DNA of 63,984 nt, counting the filler, from Reclinomonas americana ATCC 50394 (Eukaryota): assembly GCA_048213135.1 (NCBI GenBank). It is 10 parts of 7 records of this genome, joined end to end, with 100 filler letters (N's around TTAATTAATTAA, not from the genome) between each part and the next. Parts side by side here need not be neighbours in the genome. Positions count along the whole stretch, not along the records: positions 38,779 to 42,323 come from AFZH01014994.1; positions 42,424 to 55,618 come from PS015691.1; 8 more parts are not named here. One strand, written 5' to 3'. The notes under the pieces are model-generated. The model was not told where the DNA came from and ran no database searches. It saw only the letters and a program-made list of their open reading frames with translations. Of this stretch, positions 41,901 to 54,900 are shown piece by piece (the stretch's first letter is position 1; each line of letters opens with the position of its first letter). Both the position numbers and the translations under genes were made by a program.

Positions 41901-44900
41901 GTCCGATTGCCTGAATCGCACACGAATGCAGTGCCCGACGCATCAATGGCGATGCCCTGCAGAATCAGGTGAGTCAGGAGACGCGCGCACTCCGTGACAC
42001 GAATGGTGGGAAACTCACCGTTGCATTTTTAAGAAGTGCAGCTGTGCCTGTGCCATCTGTCGAACCGATCATGCCTGCCGTGCCCATCCACGTCGACACT
42101 GCCGGCGTTACGCCAAACGCAGCAGCCGTGGGCGCCCACTCAAACGAGTTGGTCATTGTCGAGGCCGCCACAGAGTTGCCCACCACCGCATTCAACGTCG
42201 CCGACGTGGTGGTGACATTGCTGGCCGTCAGTGTGGCCAGCGACTGGGTGGCTGCGGAGCATCGAGGATGAAGAGAAGCACTGTGAATGACCATCACGAG
42301 ACGGGGGATGGGGACGAGGAGGANNNNNNNNNNNNNNNNNNNNNNNNNNNNNNNNNNNNNNNNNNNNTTAATTAATTAANNNNNNNNNNNNNNNNNNNNN
42401 NNNNNNNNNNNNNNNNNNNNNNNAACGGGAAGAGGGTAAAGAATGAGGAGGAGGACGAGGAGGAGGAGGAGGAGGAGGAGGAGGAGGAAGAGAAGAAGGA
42501 GGAGAAGGAGAAGGAGAAGAAGAAGAAGAAGTGGAAGGAGAAGGAGGAGGAGGAAGAAGAGCAAGAAGACGAAGAGGAAGAAGAAGACGAAGAGGAAGAA
42601 GAAGAAGAAGAGAAGACGAAGAAGACGAAGAAGAAGACAAAGTAGAAGAAGAAGGAGGGGGAGGAGGGTGCGGAGGAGAAGACGCAGACGAGAGAAAGTG
42701 TGTGCCTCACCTGTGGTGATGGTGAACGCCTTGTCGAAGAACAGCGCCGGTGATCCATTGTCTGTCGACCGAATCGTCACCGCCAGCGAGCTGCCCGCCT
42801 GCCCCGCCGCCACAATCACCAGCGACTGTCCGCTGATCGAAAACACTCCACTATTCGCGCCGCCGACAATCGAGTACGTAAACGACTGGCCCGCATTCGC
42901 GTCAGTCGTCTGCAACGCACACACGACTTGATTCGCCACCGATGGCGACACATACGTTGTCGACGAGCAGCTAATATCGGTCGGAGCCACATTGGTGGTC
43001 GTGGTGAATGACACCGTGGCGCCATTGATCGTGCTGGGTGTGGAGGTGACGCCGACCGCGCGATAGTAGAATGTCCAGTTGCTCGCCAATCCAGTGAGTG
43101 AGGCGGTGATGGACGTGGCGAGGGAGCCAGTGGAGGTGGCGGGTGTGGCCGACACTGATTGCGACGCCAGCGAGAGACGACGGATGATGTGTGTGGTGTA
43201 ATCGGCAACCAGCACCGATGCCGTCGATGCATCGACAGCGAGGTGTACAGGCGAGTTGAAGCGTGCCACGGTCAGCGCGCTGCCGTCAGCAGATCCGCTC
43301 ATGCCCGCCGCTCCGCCAAGCGTTGTCACTGACGAGTCTGACACACGGAGTTGCCGCACGGTGTTGTTGACGGACTGCGTGGGGGCAAATACCAGTCAGA
43401 ATCAAGGAACGTGACACAGAGTGCGGTGGGGAGGTACTCAACATCGGCAACATAGATGACGTTGCTTCCTGTGTCGTATGCGAGTCCGATCGGCGTGTTG
43501 AAGCGGGCAGCCGTTCCTGCTGATCGGTCAGAACGCACCCAAAGACGATCACACTGGACCCTTGTATGATAAACTCACCGGTGGCATCCGTGGATCCAGA
43601 TGCGCCACTCGTCGAACCAGCCACTGTCGTCACAGTCATCGCCACAGTATCAATGGCGCGGATGGAGTTGTTCGCGCGGTCGGCTGCACTCACGCGCAGA
43701 CAGAAGGCGCAGTTGAGAATGGAAGAATGCACTATCTCGCTCACACCGCGCTCACCAACATACAGCGTGGATCCGACGAGCAGCACGCCATTGGGACCAC
43801 CGAATCGCGCCGTTCCCGCACACGCTCCATCGGCGGTGCCGCTCATGCCTGCGGAGCCACAAAAGGTCGTCACCGCACCGGCATAGGTCACCCGCCGCAC
43901 AGTGTTGTTGAGCCAGTCGCCCACATACACCACTTGATTCGTGGAATCCACCGCCACCCCCATCGGCTGATTGAAGGAGGCGGCTGCACCCGTGCCATCG
44001 GCACTCCCCGATGCTCCGTTTCCCGCCAGTGTGGTGACAGCTGCCCCAGCGGTGACGGAGCGAATAGCGTGGTTTGTCAACTGTGACAGAGAAGCACACA
44101 CAGAGTCAGAGACAGCAGAATGCATCTCGAGCGTGATCACGAATGCCAGCACACACTCACATCGGCGACATACATGGTTCCCGTGGTTTGGTCGATGGCG
44201 AGACCGGCAACACTGTGAGAGTGTGTGAGCGAAGGGAGGGAGGGAGGGAGGGAGGGAGAGATAGCAAGAACGCACTTTTTGAACTTTGCTGCCACTCCTG
44301 TGGCATTCGTCAAACCGCACGTGCTTCCAGCAAAGGTGGTCACTGTGGCTGCAGGGGTGATGCGTCGAAGGAGACAGTTGCTGCAATCATCATCATCGCG
44401 CAAGAAGTGAGCGAGTGAGAGACGAACCAAGGACAGACAGAGAACATGACAAACCCGTAATCGCCCACGAACACATTGCCCATGGCGTCCAAGACAAGTC
44501 CCTGTGGAGAGAGCACACACTCACTGTGTCAGTATACACCAAGTGCAACGGCGTGCGCAGCACGGATCTGTCGGTCACACCATGGGCGTATTCAACAAAG
44601 CACTTGCGCCAACGCCATCCGTCGTTCCCGAGGTACCTGCTGTGCCCACAAAGGTGGAGACAGTGGCAGAGGAGACGCCAATGACCGAGGCGTATGGCGA
44701 CCACTCGAACGAGTTCACGGTGCCGCCGGCGATATTGTTGGGATTGACCCACGCATTGAGAGTGACACTGGTGCCGGTGATGCTGCTGGCGACGGCGGTG
44801 GTCACTGTCTGGGCGTCTGCGGTGGACGGAGGAGAGGGCTGGTGTGAGTGGCGGGAGAGGGAAAGAGGCGTGGAACAGACATGTGCATACACACACGCGA

Positions 44901-44981
44901 CACACACACGCAACTCGCAGTTGCAGCGAGCAAGTGGGTGACCACAATGAAGACAAGTGCGACGGCGAGGTGCGCACGCAT
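38980..44981 (-). CDS. Large secreted/surface protein with two [Fn3-like with inserted 6-blade NHL propeller + cadherin-like] modules, further cadherin-like domains and an Ig/TIG-like domain; 3' end lost
   Basis: ATG at 44981, signal peptide MRAHLAVALVFIVVTHLLAATA-NA/Q. NHL repeats (DG.G.AARF..P.G+A+D....YVAD..N..IR). Cadherin-like NxAPTDI...TTDxDxGQSFTYS...TDNGxPxxxFDK repeats at ~42710-42995, ~40172-40465, ~39825-40106 and ~38980-39260. Confidence 0.85.
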
Positions 44982-45193
44982 GGCGACACGTGTGCGCGTG
45001 TGTGAGTGCTGGTGAAACGGTTGAAACATCTTTTTGGCGCCAAAAATTCACTCAAATTTTCAATCCCGCAGCTCAAATCCTGCATCTACACAGATCAGCT
45101 GACACACAATCGACAAGGCGTCCTCGTCCACATATTCTGCAGCCTTCACTCGAATAATTATCACACACACAAAAGCTCACAGCGCAGGCAAAC

Positions 45194-48100
45194 TCATGGC
45201 AACAACTCTGCCGTGTCACCGACTTTGCGCAGGTGCAAGTATGCATCTGTACCGTAGCCTTCCATGCTCATCAGCACCATATCGCCACCAAAATATCTTG
45301 CATATCTGTGAGATACAGCCATCAGAAGCAGGGAAAAAAACACATCTCTGCGTGAGCATCGACACACGCAACAGGCGCGAAATGGGCAAGCCGTATCCGT
45401 AGCCAGCCATGGGGGTGGCAGAGCCGTGACCGAACCGCGGGTTGTCGGATTGGTGCTCCGCGGTGGTGAACGAGTACGACCAGACGTGTCCCATGGCGGA
45501 GCGAGGAATACCTGGTGGAGAGCAGAGTGAGTGAGGGGATGGGAAGTGCGGGAGGAGGCACAGAATTGATCACCTCCGCCCTCGTCGGAAACCTTGATGG
45601 TGACATCCTCGTCGCCCTCGGCGATGATGATGCGTACGGGAGGGAGCTCATCCGAGTCCTGTAAGGAAGGAGGGGGGTGGGAGGGAATGAGGGAAGGGAA
45701 TGAGGGAGGGAATGAGGGAGGGGAGGGGAGGGGAGGGAAGGAGGAGGAGGAGGAGGAGGAGGAGGAGAAGGAGGAGGAAGGAGGAGGAAGGAGGAGGAAG
45801 GAGGAGGAAGGAGGAGGAAGAGGAGGAGAAAGGAGGAGGAGGGACAGAGGGACGGGGCAGAGACAGGGGGCGAAAAGGAGGTGAGGGATACGATGAAGAG
45901 ACAGGGAGGATGCAATGGGGGTGAGCGCAAAGGAGCGAGCGGAGAGAGANNNNNNNNNNNNNNNNNNNNNNNNNNNNNNNNNNNNNNNNNNNNNNNNNNN
46001 NNNNNNNNNNNNNNNNNNNNNNNNNNNNNNNNNNNNNNNNNNNNNNNNNNNNNNNNNNNNNNNNNNNNNNNNNNNNNNNNNNNNNNNNNNNNNNNNNNNN
46101 NNNNNNNNNNNNNNNNNNNNNNNNNNNNNNNNNNNNNNNNNNNNNNNNNNNNNNNNNNNNNNNNNNNNNNNNNNNNNNNNNNNNNNNNNNNNNNNNNNNN
46201 NNNNNNNNNNNNNNNNNNNNNNNNNNNNNNNNNNNNNNNNNNNNNNNNNNNNNNNNNNNGGGAAGGGAAGGGAAGGGAAGGGAAGGGAAGGGAAGGGAAG
46301 GGAAGGGAAGGGAAGGGAGACAGGGGAGAGAGGGGAGAGAGGGGAGAGAGGGAAGGGAAGGGAAGGGAAGGGAATGGAGGGAGAGCGAGAAAAGAGGAGA
46401 GAGGTGAGTGCACAATGCAGAACTTCGTTCGCAGAGGATGACCATCTTGTGTATTCGTATGAATAACAAGATATTAGCTGAGGCAGATATGTGAGAGAAG
46501 AGTGAAGAGAGAGAGAGAGAGAGAGAAAAGGGTGAGAAACAAGGTAAGGGATGGAATGAGAGAGGGTGCTCAGCGAAAACACATAGAACTGGAGAAGTCT
46601 CACCGAAGCAAGAGCACAATCAGGTGATTGAACAGCACATAGAGAGAGAGAGAGACCTGTCACCTCGCTCTCACACACACAAACACACATACTCACTCTT
46701 ATTCTCCCTCTCTCTCTCTCACTCTCACTCTCTATCACAACTGTCTTCCATACGTGCCTCTCTCACAAACGCACACAATATTGCATGGTCGTGGCTCTTC
46801 TCGCTCTCACTCTCTTTGACCCTGACATTTGTCACTTCCAGTTTTCTACCAGTTCGTCTCTCTCTCTCTCTCTCACTCCCGCTTCGTCTCTCTGCCGCTC
46901 TCCAGCTGGTTCGTCGTCTCCATCCTCACTATCATTCTCCCTAACAAACAGTCGCTGACTTTTGCTGCTGTTCGTACCTCTGCCAATCGCTTCACTGCCT
47001 GTTCGTCTCCTTCTCACTTCCTCCCTCTCTCTCTCTCTCTCTCTCTACTACTCGTACCTCGCTCTACTCTTCGTTCTTCTCTCTCTCTACTCTCCTCCTC
47101 GTCTACTCTCCTCTTCTTACTTACTCCTACCGCCTCTACTCTCCTCCCTTCCCCTCCCGTNNNNNNNNNNNNNNNNNNNNNNNNNNNNNNNNNNNNNNNN
47201 NNNNNNNNNNNNNNNNNNNNNNNNNNNNNNNNNNNNNNNNNNNNNNNNNNNNNNNNNNNNNNNNNNNNNNNNNNNNNNNNNNNNNNNNNNNNNNNNNNNN
47301 NNNNNNNNNNNNNNNNNNNNNNNNNNNNNNNNNNNNNNNNNNNNNNNNNNNNNNNNNNNNNNNNNNNNNNNNNNNNNNNNNNNNNNNNNNNNNNNNNNNN
47401 NNNNNNNNNNNNNNNNNNNNNNNNNNNNNNNNNNNNNNNNNNNNNNNNNNNNNNNNNNNNNNNNNNNNNNNNNNNNNNNNNNNNNNNNNNNNNNNNNNNN
47501 NNNNNNNNNNNNNNNNNNNNNNNNNNNNNNNNNNNNNNNNNNNNNNNNNNNNNNNNNNNNNNNNNNNNNNNNNNNNNNNNNNNNNNNNNNNNNNNNNNNN
47601 NNNNNNNNNNNNNNNNNNNNNNNNNNNNNNNNNNNNNNNNNNNNNNNNNNNNNNNNNNNNNNNNNNNNNNNNNNNNACTTACTTCCCTTAACCTAAACCA
47701 AACTACGCGTCGACGTTTAGTTCGTGCTCGTTCGTTACCTCCTCGTCACTACGCTCTCTACTCTCTCGTCTCTCTCTCTCTCCTCCTCTCTCTCTCTCTC
47801 TCTCTCTAACTGACCTGCTACACTTGTCTTTCTGTCTCTCATCACTCCCTGCGTCATCCTCTCTCTTTTAATCTCCACCCGCTCACTCTCTCCCCGCCCC
47901 CTGTTTTACATACCTTCTCACTGCCATGCGTCTCCACCACGGCTCGCATCGAGTTCTTCAACAACTCAAACAGCATCAGGTGCAGATGCGACGGCACATA
48001 CGTGAAGGTCACATTTGTGGCGCCGCGGATCTGCACCTCGGGCGCCACGCCATAATGCGCCTCGCACACCAGCTTGGCATCCATGGACGCCACCTCGGCA

Positions 48101-48894
48101 ATGGCCGCCGGCGACGTCAGCGCACTGATGATCCCGACGTAGCCGGTGCGCTCAATCTCGGCTTTTCTTTGCGCTGCGCAAACCAACAAGAGCGTGATGA
48201 GCACTTGACTGCTTATAGAATGAAGAGGTCTTCTCCATCTGGCTCACCCATGGGCACCTCGCGAAGCGCCACGTGCTGTCCAATGAGCATGCGCACACTG
48301 ATTCGGCCGCCGTAGAAGCGGTCGAGGAAGCCCTGAATCTCCACCGGCAGCACACTCTTTTTCAACTTGGTCTTGAGTTCTCGCACACCCTCGGCCATGG
48401 TGATGGGCACGTTGGCGTGGCGGTCCTTGATTTCGCGCAGGGTTTTGGTGAAGGCGGCGTCGTCGTCGGCGTTTTGGAATTTCTTGTGTTCCCTGAGAAG
48501 GAGGGGAGAAGGAGGGGAAGGGGAAGGGGGGAGAAGGGAGAGGGCNNNNNNNNNNNNNNNNNNNNNNNNNNNNNNNNNNNNNNNNNNNNNNNNNNNNNNN
48601 NNNNNNNNNNNNNNNNNNNNNNNNNNNNNNNNNNNNNNNNNNNNNNNNNNNNNNNNNNNNNNNNNNNNNNNNNNNNNNNNNNNNNNNNNNNNNNNNNNNN
48701 NNNNNNNNNNNNNNNNNNNNNNNNNNNNNNNNNNNNNNNNNNNNNNNNNNNNNNNNNNNNNNNNNNNNNNNNNNNNNNNNNNNNNNNNNNNNNNNNNNNN
48801 NNNNNNNNNNNNNNGAATGAGAGGAGAGGGCACCGCAAGAGATGGCTTGGGTGAAAGAGAAGAAGGCAGGTGAGAAGAGTGTGAACAGTAGCTT

Positions 48895-48925
<31 letters not shown>

Positions 48926-51010
48926 GTAGCTGGGAAGACAACAGGGAAACGCACGCAGTCGCAGTCACATGAAGAATGCAAGAGGCACAAGGAATGACGA
49001 GAGTATACAAGGGGAACGCAGCCGTAGAATGAAAAGAAAGAAGGAAATAAGGATAGGGTAGCTGGGAAGACAGCGGGGTCACACTCGAAGTCACATGAAG
49101 AATGCAAGAAGCACAAGGGATGACGAGAGCGAACAAGGGGAAAGCTGCAGGGGAATGAAAAGAAGCAAGGCAAATAAGGATTGAGTAGCTGGGAAGACAG
49201 CACGGTTACACACACAACTACAGCACAAGGGATGAAGAGAGTGTACAAGGGGGAAGGTGCAGGGGAATGAAAAGNNNNNNNNNNNNNNNNNNNNNNNNNN
49301 NNNNNNNNNNNNNNNNNNNNNNNNNNNNNNNNNNNNNNNNNNNNNNNNNNNNNNNNNNNNNNNNNNNNNNNNNNNNNNNNNNNNNNNNNNNNNNNNNNNN
49401 NNNNNNNNNNNNNNNNNNNNNNNNNNNNNNNNNNNNNNNNNNNNNNNNNNNNNNNNNNNNNNNNNNNNNNNNNNNNNNNNNNNNNNNNNNNNNNNNNNNN
49501 NNNNNNNNNNNNNNNNNNNNNNNNNNNNNNNNNNNNNNNNNNNNNNNNNNNNNNNNNNNNNNNNNNNNNNNNNNNNNNNNNNNNNNNNNNNNNNNNNNNN
49601 NNNNNNNNNNNNNNNNNNNNNNNNNNNNNNNNNNNNNNNNNNNNNNNNNNNNNNNNNNNNNNNNNNNNNNNNNNNNNNNNNNNNNNNNNNNNNNNNNNNN
49701 NNNNNNNNNNNNNNNNNNNNNNNNNNNNNNNNNNNNNNNNNNNNNNNNNNNNNNNNNNNNNNNNNNNNNNNNNNNNNNNNNNNNNNNNNNNNNNNNNNNN
49801 NNNNNNNNNNNNNNNNNNNNNNNNNNNNNNNNNNNNNNNNNNNNNNNNNNNNNNNNNNNNNNNNNNNNNNNNNNNNNNNNNNNNNNNNNNNNNNNNNNNN
49901 NNNNNNTAAGTAGGCAAGTATGGATAGCGTGGGCAGGAGCTTGAGAGTGGGGCACTTGGGAAGACAGCACGGTTACACACACTGCTGTAGTCACATGAAG
50001 AGCGTAACAGGCACACGGGATGACGAGAGCATACGACGGGAAAGGTGCAGGGGAATGAAGACAAAGAAGGCAAATAGAGACAGGGTAGCTGGGAAGACAG
50101 CACGGTGACACACACAGCTGCAGTCACATGAAGAGTGCAATAGGCACAAGGGACGACGAGAGCGTAAAAGGGGAAGGTGCAGGGGGTGAAAGATTGAACA
50201 CCTCCATGCGTGTAGACTGAGTGGATGAACATCGCTTTCCTCTTCGGCGTCCCCATCTAAGTCTATCCGCATTCACCAGTGCTCTTTCATCAACTCTCTG
50301 GTCTTCCTGTACCCTTGCGTACCTGATTAGTCGGAACGAGTCCACATACAAATCGTGCACGCGCTTTGTGGCAGCCATGTCGGACAGCCCAAAGGGCAAT
50401 GTTTGCAGCTCCAGGACGCGATGTGCTGCGATAAAGGAGGGTGAGATTACTAAGAGATTTCATGCGAGAGCTCACTCGGAGACACACCGAGGCGTGTCGG
50501 CAATTCGTTTTGCAAGAAGCGATCCTCCAGCAGCATTTGCTCCGAGTCCAATGCTGCTGTTCGGCACGCACATGCACGTGCGAGGTGTGGGAGGGAGAGA
50601 AATAGAAGAAGACAACCAGCAAGAAGAGAGCACCAGCAGTGAGCACATCGATTGGAAGAGGTTGAAGGAGGCAGGCAGATCATTCATGAATTGAGAGTCA
50701 CATAAATGTGAACAGAGTGAGAGGTACGGAGTTCACTCCAATAGCAAACACACAGGCGATCGTTACATGGAGAGTGTGACAACTGCGGGGAAGTGTGCAC
50801 ACTGTCGAGGAAAGAGAAGATCGTGTATGGAATACCTTGAACTTGTTTGCGAGAGAGAGAGAGGGAGAGAGAGAAGAAAGTGAGAGCAAGCAAGCCAACG
50901 AAACTTCGGCCGAACTCGTACAACTTTCGCAGCGAGAGTGGCGTCGACCGTCGCAGTGCCATGAATTCAATGTCGGCCAACAGGCGCGCACTGATCCCAC
51001 TTCGTGGCAT
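45194..51010 (-). CDS. PDK: Mitochondrial pyruvate dehydrogenase kinase (PDK/BCKDK family, GHKL kinase)
   Basis: [125 protein letters not shown]; TGA at 45196-45194. Confidence 0.95.
48920..50185. repeat. Intronic ~120-130 bp tandem repeats in the PDK gene
   Basis: Recurring GTAGCTGGGAAGACAGCACGGT...GTCACATGAAGA...CACAAGGGATGACGAGAG...GGTGCAGGGGAATGA on both sides of an N gap. Confidence 0.85.
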
Positions 51011-51632
51011 GGTTGCGTGTCGTGCCACTGCCGATCGACACTGCGACAGGAGAAGGGGTGGGTGCGAATGGAGGGGAACAAGGGGGAAGGGAGAGGGAGG
51101 GAAAAGAGCAGGGGTAAAGGAGAGCATCGACGAAGAGGATGTCAATGAGGAGAACAAGAAGAAGAAATGAACAAGAGAAATAAGAGGAAGAAGGAGGTGG
51201 AGGAGGAGAAGAACAAGAAGAGGAAGAAGAACAAGAAGAGGAAGAAGGAGGTGGAGGAGGAGAAAAACAAGAAGAGGAAGAAGAAGGAGGAGGAGGAAGA
51301 CGAGGAGGAGAAGGANNNNNNNNNNNNNNNNNNNNNNNNNNNNNNNNNNNNNNNNNNNNNNNNNNNNNNNNNNNNNNNNNNNNNNNNNNNNNNNNNNNNN
51401 NNNNNNNNNNNNNNNNNNNNNNNNNNNNNNNNNNNNNNNNNNNNNNNNNNNNNNNNNNNNNNNNNNNNNNNNNNNNNNNNNNNNNNNNNNNNNNNNNNNN
51501 NNNNNNNNNNNNNNNNNNNNNNNNNNNNNNNNNNNNNNNNNNNNNNNNNNNNNNNNNNNNNNNNNNNNNNNNNNNNNNNNNNNNNNNNNNNNNNNNNNNN
51601 NNNNNNNNNNNNNNNNNNNNNNNNNNNNNNNN

Positions 51633-51746
<114 letters not shown>

Positions 51747-51932
51747 CTCGCACACACATGCACACACACACAAGCCACTCTCTCACACACACACACAAAC
51801 ACACACACTCTCTCTCTCTCTCACACTCTCTCCCTCTCTCCCCACACCTTTCTTTGTTTTTCGACTTTAGGGTTGTTTCGCGCCAAAACCTTTAAATTTT
51901 CCCGCAACGCGTAACCCTTCTTTCTGTCAAAT

Positions 51933-54900
51933 ATGTTTCGAGTGAGCGTTGTTGCTCTCTCTTTGTTTCTGCTCTCAGTGCACATTGTGGTGGCGAATGT
52001 GCCCAACAGCCCATACCCACAGGTGAGAAAAAGAAGAAGAAAGATGACCTTATGTGGATCGGAGAAATATACTCTCTGTCTCTTGCTCTCTTCTTCTTCT
52101 CCTTCTCTCCTGTTTGCTGTTGTTGTTCTTGATCCTCTCCTCCTCCTCCCCTCCTTCCTCTTCTTCTTTTTCTCGTCTTTCTCCTCCTTTGTCTTCTTCT
52201 TCTTTGTCTTCTTCTTCTTTTCCTTCTCCTGTTGCCTTGCTGCTGCTGTTCTTGCTCTTGACCCTCTCCTCCTCCTCCTCCTCCTCCTCCTCGTTCGTCT
52301 TCATGTTCATCTTCTTCTTCTTCTTCTTCGTCTTCTTCCTCGTTCTCCTCCTTGCTCTTGTTCTTCTTGTTCTTGTTCTTGATCCTCTCTTCCTCCTTCT
52401 CCTCCTCCTCCTTCTTCTTCTTCTTCTTCCCCTCCTCCACCTCCTCCTCATCCCTCTCCTCCCTCTCCCCCTCCCTCTCCCCTCTCTCTCCCATTCGACA
52501 GTCACCCGCCTTGCCCCCCGGCACCCTCCGCACCATCTACGTGCTCGACCAGCAATCCTTGCCCTCCGCCTCTCTCGTCTCCCTCATGCAAGGACTGCAA
52601 GGCCTCCTCGCCCGCCAGTCGGCCTCCGCCGCCGGTATCTTTATCCTCCCCAATGCCGGCAGTCGAGCCGGCGGTCTCCTCTGGCTCCAGCACATGCAGG
52701 CGAATCAGTCGCTGTTGCGTGTCAGTGTGGACACGAGCATGATGCACGATGCGGTGTCGCTGTTGATGCATGTGGTCAAGGGCGTGGTGCGCGTCGATGT
52801 CTACTTTTTGTGCGATGAGGCGTCGCTGGCGGCGGCGGTGTCGTTGTGTGCGACGAGGGAGGCGGTGCCGGTGTTGGCCGATGATGAGATGGTGGCCAAG
52901 GGTGCGTAATAGGAGAAGGGGGAGAAAGGCGATAGTCAGACAGAGGGGAAGGAGTGGAAGGGGGAAAAGGGAAGAGAGAGATGAGGCTGGCGGTGCCTGG
53001 TGTTTGCCATTGATCAGGTGATGTTCAAGATTGAGCAATAAGAGAAGGAGAGTGACAGAAGAAGAGATTGGCGTCCTGCTTTTTGCACACACATGCACAC
53101 ACACACACTCTCGCCTACATTGTTTCTTTTCGCTTCCTCCATCGCAATTGCTTTCTCTCTCATTCTCTTTCCTGCCTTCGTCATTCATTGTATTCCTTTC
53201 CCCTTTTCGCCTCATTGTTTCTTATCGCCTTTACCATCAATCTAGTCTCACTCTAGCTTTCTTTCTCCTTCCTTTCTGTCCTCCACCAGTCGCTGTACTC
53301 CTTTCCCCTTCTCGCCTCATTGTTTCTTATCGCATTTACCATCAATCTAGTCTCACTCTTTGCTTTCTCTCTCCTTCCTTTCTGTCCTCCACCAGTCGCT
53401 GTACTCCTTTCCCCTTCTCGCCTCATTGTTCCTTATCGCCTTCACCATCGATCTAGTCTCACTGTAGCTTTCTCTCTCCTTCCTTTCTGTCCTTCACCAG
53501 TCGCTGTACTTCTTTCCCCTTCTCGCCTCATTGTTTCTTGTCGCTTCCTCCAGCGATCTAGTCTCAGTCAGTGCACTCTCTCCTTCTTTTCTGTCCTTCA
53601 CCAGTCATTATATTCCTTTCCCCTTTTCGCCTTTGTCACTGCGGGATACGATCAACACGATGGGAGACAGAGCGAGCAAGTGTGTGTGTGTGTGTGTGAG
53701 AGATAGAGAGTTGTCGGGGAGAGCAATGCTGCACGCAGTGTCAAATGTGTTCCCTCTTTCTTTGATCATTCCTCTGTATCTTGCTCCGTGCTCTTCACGG
53801 TTGTTCTTGCCGCTTTCATTCACTCCTCGTTGTTGTCTCTGCTTCCTTCGTTTCTTTTGCTTTTCCGTTTTCCGTGCCACTTCGTTCACTCTGCCTCGCC
53901 TCGCTTCTGCTCTCCGTCAGTCCCTCATTTCTTTGTGTGCTCATGTCTCCCTTCTCTCCTTCTCATGCACACATCCTCTTTCATCATTTGCTGACCCTGT
54001 TTCCCCCCTTTCCCTTTCCCCCTCCCTTTCCCTTTCCGATCTCCCTGTCCCCTTTCCCTTTCCGATCTCCATGTCCCCTTTCCCTTTCCCTCTCCCCTTC
54101 CCCGTTCCCCTTTCCCATCTCCCTCCCCTTCTCCCACTGCAGCCGCCGGCCTCACGCGCCTCGCCGACGTCCGCGGCATGACCGACGACCAGGTGTGGCA
54201 GCAAGTCAAGGGCAGCACCAGTCGCAGCATTCTCGTGTACCAGGATCCCACGAAACTCGCAGTTGCGAATGTTCTCCCTTCCCCCACTTCACCATTGGCT
54301 CATCATTCATCGCCGCAGGGTGGCTACCTGGCCGACTACGCCGTCTTCTCGCGCGCGTTTACCATTTTCACCAAGGACCCGAAAGTCGACAAGTCGCGTG
54401 TGGTGAGCGAGGCGCTCGGTGCGCTGCAACCACAAGCCGCCACACTTGGGTGGGGCACGTCAGAGGACGGGCTGGTGCGTCGTTACTCCTCATCTACGTG
54501 GTTGTACCCATTGTTTCACCCACTCCCGATCCACCAGGTCGGTCCTGTGAGCTCGCACGCCGGCTTTGTCAACGCCGCCGACTGGGCGTGCAACTTGAGT
54601 GTGCTCACCTCCATCAAGGTTCCGGGCACATTCATGCAACCGGCACACTCGCAGCCGCGCCCGGAACCGCGGGTCGGCAAGCACACGGTCAGCTTTCTCA
54701 TGACTGACGGCGATAATGTGCAGTGGTTGCGTGTTCTATCCCCCTCTCTCTATCTCGCAAGAGATGTGATTTTCCTCACTCTTGCCCTCCAGGATGCTGA
54801 ACGATTTTGCCACGGCCACCAACTGGTATGGATCGCCACAGCGAGGCCAGGTGCCCATCGGCTGGACATTGGCACCGGCGCTCTCCGAGGTCGCGCCGCT

